DNA from: Haliotis cracherodii
Lineage: Eukaryota
Assembly: GCF_022045235.1 (NCBI RefSeq)
Contig: NW_027266273.1
Span: forward strand, 22,134,001-22,198,000
DNA length: 64,000 nt
Direction of reading: 5' to 3'
This document shows positions 11,049-21,342 of this stretch, one piece after another (the stretch's first letter is position 1; every line of letters starts with the position of its first letter). Under the pieces are notes generated by a model. That model worked only from the letters and a program-made list of their open reading frames with translations, was not told the origin of the DNA and ran no database searches. The position numbers and the translations under genes were made by a program.

Positions 11049-13381
11049 ATGGGAGGCAGGGCTTGTGGGAAGGTAAACTACGTGTGTGAAGACTAATTGT
11101 CTGGTAAGGTAAACTACGCGTGTGAAGACTGATTGTCTGGTAAGGTAAACTACGCGTGTGAAGACTGATTGTCTGGTAAGGTAAACTACGTGTGTGAAGA
11201 CTAATTGTCTGGTAATGTAAACTACGTGTGTGAAGACTGATTGTCTGGTAAGGTAAACTACGTGTGTGAAGACTGATTGTTTATAACTGTGTAAAAGATA
11301 AATAGTCTGTTTGAACTGACCAGTCACAAGGATCAGCCATGTCGTCCTACGGGCAATGACCTCACTCATTCACTCCTGTCAACATATCCTTACTCAATCA
11401 CAGCTCTCACAGCTCACGCAGCACACTGAACCATGCGTGACTTACAACCTCAGGTTATTGATTACATCGACCAGTGTATGTGTACGCATACCCCGCTTTC
11501 AAATTAAACAAAAAGTTTAAACAATTAACAGTTCGAGGTGGCCACATTCCTGTATTCTTATGACGCACTCGGGTNNNNNNNNNNNNNNNNNNNNNNNNNN
11601 NNNNNNNNNNNNNNNNNNNNNNNNNNNNNNNNNNNNNNNNNNNNNNNNNNNNNNNNNNNNNNNNNNNNNNNNNNNNNNNNNNNNNNNNNNNNNNNNNNNN
11701 NNNNNNNNNNNNNNNNNNNNNNNNGAATGACTGAATAACAAGTCGCAGTAAGATTATTTTGCTTCTTACTTTATTTTTTGTGATAAATAATTGTTGAGTA
11801 TTTATTTAGTGCCACATTTAATACTAAATACGTTTGTGATGCTCTTATTTATTCGTATGTGTTTTTTATCAATATGCGGAGACCTTGTGCTGATGTAACC
11901 CAAATTTCTTTTGGGACAATAAAATGTCATCTCATCATATGTTATAATAATGTGATAATAATGCTCGTGGGTATCTCGAGCGACATGACGTCACTGCTGT
12001 CACACTCCTCGTTTGTTGTGTCGCAGACCTACCAGTGCAAGTGGTGTGGTACCCGCTTCTGCAAGGAATGTCTGCGAGGGGACTTCTATGGGGAGATGTT
12101 CGAGCCGGGCAAGTGTCGCAGGTGCAACCAGGTGAGGCGATTACAAGTTTTACCAGGTGGGGTAGTATACGTGTTACCAGGTGGTAGTATAAGTGTTATC
12201 AGGTGAGGCGATTACAAGTGTTACCAGGTGGGGGAGTATAAGTGTTACCAGGTGAGGCGATTACAAGTGTTACCAGGTGGGGTAGTATAAGTGTTCCCAG
12301 GTGTAGGAGTATAAGTGTTACCAGGTGGGGTAGTATACGTGTTACCAGGTGGGGGAGTATAAGTGTTACCAGATGGGGTAGTATACGTGTTACCAGGTAG
12401 GGTAGTATAAGTGTTACCAGGTGGGGTAGTATAAGTATTACCAGGTGGGGTAGTATACGTGTTACCAGGTGGGGCAGTATAAGTGTTACCAGGTGGGGTA
12501 GTATAAGTGTTACCAGGTGGGGTAGTATAAGTGTTACCAGGTGAGTGTAGTATAAGTGTTAACAGGTGGGGTAGTATAAGTGTTACCAGGTGGGGTAGTA
12601 TAAGTGTTACCCGGTGGGGTAGTATAAGTGTTACCAGGTGGGGTAGTATAGGTGTTACAAGGTGGGGTGGTATATGTGTTACCAGTTGAGTGGAGTATAA
12701 GTGTTACCAGTTGAGTGGAGTATAAGTCTTATCAGGTGAGGAAGTATAAGTGTTACCAGGTGAGTGGAGTATAAGTGTTACCAGTTGAGTGGAGTATAAG
12801 TGTTACCAGTTGAGTGGAGTATAAGTGTTACCAGGTGAGTGAAGTATAAGTGTTACCAGGTGAGTGAAGTATAGGTGTTACCAGATGGGGTAGTATAAGT
12901 GTTACCAGCTGAGTGGACTATAAGTGTTACCAGGTGAGCGGAGTATAAGTGTTACCAGGTGTGGTAGTATAAGAGTTACCAGGTGAGTGGAGTATAAGTG
13001 TTACCAGGTGGGGTAGTATTAGTATTACCAGGTGAGTGTAGTATAAATGTTACCTTTGTGCAACTAGACAGGTGAGGTGTGCAACAAAACATAATTTGTA
13101 TTTGTCACACATGTTGCCTGGTATCGATAAAAGTCCGTGCGACTTATATTCTTTTCATATTTGTTTAGAAAAGATGTCAAGGCATCCGTGTGGAGTATGT
13201 GCCCCGACCCCCCCAGGAGGACGCCGGCGAGAAAGGGAGGGGAAAGGGGAGTGCGGCCGACAGGAGTCGCAGCAAAAGTCCTTCTAAAAAGGGAGGGAAA
13301 GTCTCAAAAACGTCTGGCAGCAAAAAGGGCGGGAAAAAATCAGGGAAGAAAGGCGGGAAAAAGAAAAAGAAGAAGAAGTGA
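11049..13381 (+). CDS. Small Cys-rich (zinc-finger-like) protein with Gly/Ser/Lys-rich basic tail, at least 113 aa
   Basis: Exons 11049-11072 (cccATGG, MGGRACGK; tentative), 12027-12131 (TYQCKWCGTRFCKEC...CRRCNQ), 13169-13381 (KRCQGIRVEY...KKGGKKKKKKK*), all phase 0, GT-AG. Probable 5'UTR exon ends ~10158 (cacg|gtgagt). The N gap may hide another exon. Confidence 0.7.
11070..11283. repeat. 36-bp minisatellite starting at a splice donor
   Basis: aaggtaaactacgtgtgtgaagactgattgtctggt, ~6 copies. Confidence 0.95.
11575..11724. other. Assembly gap (150 N)
   Basis: Run of N. Confidence 1.
12127..13055. repeat. 24-25-bp minisatellite containing ACCAG|GTG(A/G)G
   Basis: gtgttaccaggtggggtagtataa, ~37 copies. 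Confidence 0.95.
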
Positions 13382-13431
13382 AACCCTCAAATGTGAGGGT
13401 TTTCTGAAGTCACCGTATCCATGCGTGGGAA

Positions 13432-13666
13432 GTCACCGTTAGCAACATGTGATGAGAAGTTTAGTGATTATTCAATGACATAGGAACACATTATATTCTC
13501 CCAAGCCAAAGCAATTATCAACCTAGATCTCCTGTCCTGTGTGTGCTGTATTGTACTGACGGTCGACTGCTCAATGTCGGAAACTGTATTCCTCTCGTTA
13601 CCATGGTAACTGATGTCTGATTATGGTGACAGCATCTAAAATCATTACATTTGTTGCCATGGAGAT
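13432..13666. promoter_or_regulatory. Cluster of RFX X-box-like motifs
   Basis: GTCACCgttAGCAAC 13432-13446, perfect palindrome GTTACCATGGTAAC 13597-13610, GTTGCCATGGAGAT 13653-13666; X-box consensus GTNRCC(N0-3)RGYAAC. Confidence 0.4.
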
Positions 13667-14089
13667 TCTCATGTCTATGTTTTGCGTTACTTCAGATGTT
13701 TCTATTAGCCAGGTACTGAGTGAAGTCTGGGCCGACTATTTTTTCCACAGCTCTTGAATATTTTCGAGTTGTATTGCCATTTCAAGCCTCAACTTTTAAT
13801 CAATCAATTCAGTATGGTGACCCCATGTGTCCAAACAACTGAGTTCTTTCTGTGATACGCAATTTTCTACACTTTATACTGTTTTATTATTATTATTTGT
13901 ATTGTTATTTATTAAACGAGATCAACCACCTGAGTATTGCTGATGCAGGGGTGTTTCTCTCATTTCAAGATCATCCATTTGTATATGTTACTGAACAAAA
14001 TAAAAACGATTTCAAGTGTTTTTGTTTTAAGTCTGTTGTACGTCCTAGTATTACAGCACGGTAGATATTGCGTACTATTGATTTCGTGA

Positions 14090-14362
14090 ATACATCACGT
14101 CAGAAAAGTTGGATGCTTAAAGGTCGACAACACAACCAGATGACGTTGTGTATGCGTAAGTTGAATACATGACTATGTCACGTCAGAACAGTTAAATGCG
14201 TAAGTTGAATGCATGATTATATCACGTCAGAATAGTTGAGTGCGTAAGTTGAATACATGACTAGATCAGGTCAGAACAGTTGGATGCGTAGGTTGAATAC
14301 GTGACTATATCACGTCAGAACAGTTGGATGCGTAACTACGACTAGATCACTTCAGAACAGAT
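14090..14362. repeat. ~44-bp tandem repeat
   Basis: gaatacatgactatatcacgtcagaacagttggatgcgtaagtt, ~6 copies. Confidence 0.85.
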
Positions 14363-14379
14363 TGATGCACAAGTAAACC

Positions 14380-15601
14380 ATCGATTGTGTGACGTATGTT
14401 GTCGTCGATTGTGTGATGTATGTTGTCATCGATTGTGTGATGTTTATTCTCCTCGATTGTGTGATGTATGTTATCGTCGATTGTATGGTGTACGTTGTCC
14501 TCGATTGTGTGATGTATGTTGTCATCGAATGTGTGATGTATTTTCATCGATTGTGTGATGAATGTTGTCATCGATATGTTGTCATCGACTGCACGGTGAT
14601 TGATGTCATCGACTGCATGGTGATTGATGTCACTGACAACACGGTGATTGAGGTCATCGACTGCACGGTGATTGATGTCATTGACTGCACGGTGATTAAT
14701 GTCACTGACAACACGGTGATTGATGTCATCGACTGCACGGTGATTGATGTCATCGACTGCACGGTGATTGATGTCATCGACTGCACGGTGATTGAGGTCA
14801 TCGACTGCACGGTGATTGATGTCACCGACTGCACGGTGATTGATGTCATCGACTGCACGGTGATTGATGTCATTGACTGCACAGTAACTGATGTCACCGA
14901 CTGCACGGTGATTGATGTAATTGACTGCACGGTGATTGATGTCATCGACTGCACGGTGATTGATGTCATTGACTGCACAGTAACTGATGTCACCGACTGC
15001 ACGGTGATTGATGTCAGCGACTGCACGGTGATTGATGTCATCGACTGCACGGTGATTGATGTCATCGACTGCACGGTGATTGATGTCATTGACTGCACAG
15101 TAACTGATGTCATCGACTGCACGGTGATTGATGTCATCGACTGCACGGTGATTGATGTCATTGACTGCACAGTAACTGATGTCACCGACTGCACGGTGGT
15201 TGATGTCATCGACTGCACGGTGATTGATGTCATTGACTGCACGGTAACTGATGTCATCGACTGCACGGTGATTGATGTCATTGACTGCACGGTGATTGAG
15301 GCCATCGACTGCAAGGTGATTGATGTCATCGACTGCACGGTGATTGATGTCATTGACTGCACAGTAACTGATGTCATCGACTGCACGGTGATTGATGTCA
15401 TTGACTGCACGGTAACTGATGTCATCGACTGCACGGTGATTGATGTCACTGACTACACGGTGATTGGTATCACTGACTGCATGGTGATTGATGTCATCGA
15501 CTGCACGGTGATTGATGTCATCGTCTGCACGGTGATTGATGTCACCGACTGCACGGTGATTGATGTCATTGACTGCACGGTAACTGATGTCATCGACTGC
15601 G
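14380..15601. repeat. 24-bp minisatellite
   Basis: gatgtcatcgactgcacggtgatt, ~50 copies; older variant units at 14380-14580. Confidence 0.97.
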
Positions 15602-16597
15602 TGCGTGATGCAAGTTACAGATACACATGCATGATGCTGTGTGACGGTATTCAAAATGCAGGTCAAGACGTGGACACAGACAACTGATACCATCAACTGC
15701 TACCTGTGAAATACCTGTCCCTCAGCCTGCTTCCGTCGCACGTTTCCCCTGCCTTCTGTCCATACGGGTGCCGTGACTTCAGCGGCGTCAGACAACAGCA
15801 GACGACACAAGGCAGGTTGTGTGGGCATGTTGTGTGGGCATGTCGCTACACGGTGGGCGGGAGATGTGCCCACCAGGGCCGCGCCGGGCTCTGGGGAAAT
15901 GTCGAAAGTGAAAAATACAAAATACGTAGTTGTTTTTTCAAAAAAAACACTCATCGACCTGGTTGTTCAGGCTAGTATAGTGTATTATGCAGCACGCGTT
16001 AGAGTGTTTCGGGTACAGGCAAATCACGATCCTTTGTGGGAGAATGTGACACTGAGGTACGAACACATTTGGCAGCAGTTCAACTTGGCCCAGAGTTGTT
16101 TGGCCTCGCCACCATATCATATATCCGTGTTTGGGGCATCAATATTTTTTATGTGTTTTCTCCAATCTCAACCAACAACAGAGCGGCCGGGCGAAATGAA
16201 ATAAAAACTGTTTTTCATAAATTATGTAACTTAGTTTATGACATTTTAAAGTTTAAAACACTTGGAACCAGTCTTTAAATTACTTTATGGCGTAAATCGA
16301 GTCGCTTTGGTCCGGAAACGAATGTTTAATAAACATTGCTGAAGAAAGATAAAGCTGGTCTTTTTTGTATGAGTGTGCATAGGTAGTAGCCTTTTTTTTA
16401 TCAGACCAGGGCATAATTTTTCACAACAGCGGGAACAATCGAGATACGAAGACTTTAAACAATTTTACGTTGGAATGACCATTCGGGGCGGGCGGGAGAT
16501 GGGAAACTCAGAAAAATTACGGCCAGCCTTAGATTGTATGCCTAATGCCAAGCTTCCCAAAAATAGCTATGTACTTTGGGCTTGGGTCTACATACTG

Positions 16598-16942
16598 AAT
16601 GAGGTGAGGTGAGGTGAAATTGGGTTTAACGTCGCGTCCAAGAGTATTGGACTTATATAGCGATGTGCATGCACGTGTGTGTGTGGCTGCTTGTACTAGT
16701 CCGGACTGATACCGATTTATAGTGCTAGCCCACTGAGAGACCATGCCGCAGTTAAAAATGAATACCCCACTCGGACACAGTATACTGACCAGTCCTTGTT
16801 TTAACCCCTTAATGCCGAGTGCCAGACAGGGCAACAACAAGTACCATCTTTTAACGTCTTTTGGTATGACGCGGCCGGGGATCGAACCCCGGACCTTCCG
16901 CTCTCCGGGCGGACGCTCTACCACTATACCACGAAGGCGGTC
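16598..16942 (-). mobile_element. SINE family C with TSD
   Basis: Full length; acatactgaatga on both flanks (16590 and 16943). Confidence 0.9.
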
Positions 16943-17254
16943 ACATACTGAATGAAACATTATTACCGTACTGTGGATTGGTTAGCACAGTGGATGATGG
17001 GTCCGCTCGTACCCAGGTTCGATTAATTAGTTCTCCTGTTGTGATGTTTCCAAGATGTAACTAAACTGCCGAGCAAAAGAAAGAAAGTATACACCATGTT
17101 TGATGGTGATGGTAATTCGATGATGAAGTATTTGATACGTGAATCAAAGACTTGTTTTGGACCTTACGTTTGCAGTTTTCGGCCTAGTAACGGGTGATAA
17201 TGTTTGTAATTTTTTGATCAAATCCAATTTTTAAGTGTATACTTTCCCTTGACC

Positions 17255-17387
17255 GGCAGCGTTCGTTCGTCGTGCCGAAGACCCGGGTTCGATCCCCCAC
17301 ATGGGTACAATGTGTGTGGTCCATTTCTGTAGCCGTGATGTTGCTGGAATATTGCTAAAAGCGGCGTAAAACCATACTCACTCACTC
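17255..17387 (+). mobile_element. SINE family B, 5'-truncated
   Basis: Similarity to 47329-47495. Confidence 0.8.
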
Positions 17388-17574
17388 TTGTCCGGCAGCG
17401 CACCGACACACTGTGTAATAGTCACTGAGAATGGTTTTATGCAGCTTTTAGATCTATTCCACCCCTATCCCACTGGAAGGCAGCAGATATGGGATTCACA
17501 CATTGTAAACAAGTGTTAATCGTCCCCGTACCCACCGTTCCGTGTCCAACCTATCACCACCTCGTGTCAGGTCA

Positions 17575-17948
17575 ACCCCTCCTGACCGCCTCCCTGGTCT
17601 GACCGCCTCCCTGATCTGACCGCCTCCCTGATCTGACCGCCTCCCTGGTCTGACCGCCACCCTGGTCTAGTGGTAGAACGTCCGCCCAGAGAGTGGAAGA
17701 TAGGGGGTTCGGCCGCGTCACACAAAGAGACGTTAAAAGATGGTACGTGTTGCTTCCTTGCCTGACGCACGGCATTAAGGGGCTAAAACAAGGACTGTCA
17801 GTGTACTGTGTCTGAGTGGGGTATTCATGTTAAACTGCGGCATGGTATCTCAGTGGGATAGCACTATAAAATCGGCATTAGTCCAGACGTCGCTAAAAAG
17901 TGCAACAATCGTGAACACGACGTTAAACCCTTTTCCACCTCACCTCAC
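17575..17948 (+). mobile_element. SINE family C with tandemly stuttered 5' end
   Basis: About 5 copies of the 17-mer tctgaccgcctccctgg precede the A box. Confidence 0.85.
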
Positions 17949-18572
17949 TCCCCACCTAGGTCAAAACATCATCCGGGTCACATAGACCGGCCTTGAACTT
18001 CAGGACACAGCGGCAAGCACCAGCCAGACAACCAGTACAACAACAATGTGGGTGATGGTGAACATAAATCTTTACTGGGCACTCCTAATAATTTAAAAAA
18101 AAAACAAAGCATCTTTATAGATACTTTTAGGCTTATTATCATATTTATTTGTCATGGTAACGGGACGTTGCACAACGAATAAAGAAAACTAAATCAATAT
18201 TGATGATGAACTAGTAGCTCCATACAATATCCAATTAATTCGAGGAACCGTAGACTGTGCAGACATGCAGACATCTGTCTAATCTGACATTCTGTCTAAT
18301 CTGTCAAAACGTTTTGGTCCCAGGACAGCCCAAGTATTATTTGTATGTGTATAAAGATTCTGGGTCTTGTGTCTGTACATATCTGGAAAAGAAATAATTA
18401 AAAAAATGTTCTCTAATTGTTTCGCGATATGATTGACCTGGGCCTTATTGAAGTGGTTGTTTTCTTATCTAATCAAACCACGGACTTATATAGGTCCGTG
18501 ATCAAACTCACCCGGAAATTGAGACTATCTCACTCTTGTACCTACTTAAAGTTTTATATTTACTTCCTGAGT

Positions 18573-18830
18573 TCCCGTGAAGGTCCGGGATAGAACAGGT
18601 CTTCAGCAACCTATGCTTGCTGTAAAAAGCGACTATGTTTGTCGCAAGATGCGACTAACGGGATCGGGTGGTCAGGCTCGCTGACTTGATTGATCCCAGT
18701 TGCGTGGATCGATGCTCATGATGTCAGTCACTGGATTGTCTGGTCCAGACTTGATTATTTACAGACCGCCGCCATAGAGCTGGAATATTGCTGAGTGCGG
18801 CGTTAAACAACAAACAAGCAAAACAAACAA
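18573..18830 (+). mobile_element. Family A copy
   Basis: Similarity to the reference copy. Confidence 0.9.
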
Positions 18831-19486
18831 GAGTATCAGTTTCGCGTGCCGAACAAGCACCTGCCCTCTCTGGGCACCGGCCAGAGTCACATACTGGGGA
18901 GTGGAGCTAAGCACTTTGGAAAACAGTTTTAATTTATTATTTGCTATATCAGGTTAAGAGCGTGGGTCAACGTACGTTTTTCTAATTGTGACTGAAGTCT
19001 TGAAATACATCCCGCTGTTAGCTGTAACGGCAGGTAGAACAATGACAGCGTGTACACACTCGAGTCTGAATGCGTGGAGAGCGGCTTTACCTTTCCATGT
19101 CGGTGTTCGGCAGTGACAGACTACGAATAACGGTACTCTAGTATGTCGGTGACTAGTCAGGACAATCAGCTGTATCAACTAGATACGTAGTTGTGTCGTT
19201 GTGTTCTCAGTGCTGTGGAGGCAGAGAGGTTGCAGCGTCCTGATATAGGTCAGTTTGAGCCGCGTGTAGGACGCAGATACAAGTACAGTGGCGGTTGTTG
19301 TTGATGGCAAGCGGCACAGTGGGGCAGTGGTAACTGTTAGCCTGGTTCTGTTTCCACTGGAGGCAGGCGATCTCCGTACAGGGATCAACACACCCTTAGG
19401 AGAAGGAGCCAAGCCATTAAGGTAAGACATCTCACTTCATCAATTAGGTGTTATATCAAGATCCATCAATAAGGTAGGATGGCGAC

Positions 19487-19675
19487 GATGCTTGTTGTAA
19501 CGGGCGACTAACGGGATCGGGTGGTCAGGATCGCTGACTTGGTTCATGCATGTCATCGTATCCAAATTGTGTACATCGATATTCATGATGTCAATCACGA
19601 GACTGACCGGTCCAGACTCGATTATTTACAGACCGCCGTCATATAGCTGGAATATTGCTGAGTGCATAGTAAACC
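19487..19675 (+). mobile_element. Family A copy, 5'-truncated
   Basis: Similarity to the reference copy. Confidence 0.8.
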
Positions 19676-20197
19676 TAATGCCAGGGAAACTAACTCGTTT
19701 AAAGAAACAATATCGTTGAAGCAGTTGTGCGACTTTCTGAGGTAGGTGTAGGTTATTCTATACAACAATCCATGTCATTGTTTGATAAGATTGAAAACAG
19801 TTTAGCTGGTCACACTGAAGGACGTTATTACCGATCTAGCGTTCAATAAACATGTACTAAATACCTCTAGAAAACCTTTACTGTACATTGGCTAAAATTG
19901 ACTGTTACCAGTTTTAGCTTCGATTGCAAACTACATGTATATGAATCCGCGAATTATCATAATGTGTAAGACAACAGACATATTTACGAGGGAGAATTAA
20001 GTTTGAATGATACCCCAACCCTTGTTGGTGATACTTCTACTGTGTAATATATTACTGTACACTGTCATATCTCTACCCTAGAGGGGCTAGAGGGCTCATT
20101 GTGGAGAGTTGAGTCCATTCGGCTTGTCAGAAACATATGATCGTTGGTTCGAATCCCCCATATGCACCCTGATTATGTTCTAGGTTATCATCATCAT

Positions 20198-20496
20198 GGG
20201 GGCCACGGGTGGCCCAGTTGTCTAAGGCGCCGCAATTCGCTGTGCAGAGTTGCGTCCCTTGGTCACACCAGAAACCTATGATTGTGGGTTCGAATCCCGG
20301 TTAGCCCCAATTATGTTTCTAGGTTTGTCAGCACCATACATTTGGTGAAGCTCGTGGGCTTCACCAAAGGGGTAAACCTCTAAGACCTGCATCACTTCGG
20401 GATTTCCTCCTACATCAAGCTGACACATCACGATATAACTGGAACAATGTTAAAAGCGGCGTTAAACCCAACTCACTCATTCACTCACTCACTCAG
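20198..20496 (+). mobile_element. tRNA-derived SINE family D
   Basis: tggcccagttgtctaaggcgc...gtgggttcgaatccc head, tail shared with A and B, (CTCA)n; partial extra head at ~20090-20190. Confidence 0.85.
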
Positions 20497-21342
20497 CAAC
20501 ATGTCCGTTCTGAGGTTTTCGCTAAACTGGTAAACGTCTGAAACCTGTATTACTCCCTCACTCACGACTGCGGTAGTTACCGGTACATTCCCGCCGTTTG
20601 TTAAATATCTCCCGTAGCCCTAGTCTTATAACTTCTTAGAGTGATGACGCTTCGACCGACATGTGGCCGAGAAGAGAAATATATAACCGTTATATATATA
20701 GATTGTCGTGTAGTTGATATCATTCATTCAAAAACAAACAGCCACACATACCACACATACGTCACACACATTATGTACATACAGACACATCATACACCTG
20801 TTCACATACACCAACACACAGACCCCAGGCGACTGTCTGCTGATAGGGAGAGCTGTCCAAATTACATGACAAGTACAAGGCCTCGCTCGCTTAAAGGTCA
20901 CAGATCAGTGATATGTCATGACTTTGTTTGACACATCTACATGTTCTGTCCCCATCTACACACAGTATATACGTGGTGACATTCAACAACGCTTCCATAC
21001 AGTAGATCAGCGTCATGTGCAACACATCTGAGGACACACACGCAGGATAAGAGGTAATATAGACCACTATTTGTAGAGGTATTCTCATGTCTGTTGCAGC
21101 GCTAGTTTCCGGGAGTTGAAAGGCGGGAGTACATCTCGACGGCTTCATCGTGAACGAGGCTGTTTTGTGTCACGTCGCCTGGCGGGAGCCGAGCCGGGGG
21201 GCAGACGGTCATGTTTCAATAAACCACGTTGACATTTTGTGACGACTATCTACAGAAACAAAAGTAAATGTTAATCGAAAGTGTTTAATCTTTTCAGGGT
21301 TGAAAAAAGGTACACCATCACCTCCAAGAGCCAGCTCTCAAG

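Noticed and set aside
15975-16530. Possible Crypton-like non-autonomous element (also ~940-1192)
   Set aside because: Ends could not be defined and there is no second copy in the window
17956-17995. ATG TGA CCC GGA TGA read as a UxxU selenoprotein motif
   Set aside because: No SECIS or homology seen; chance stops are likelier
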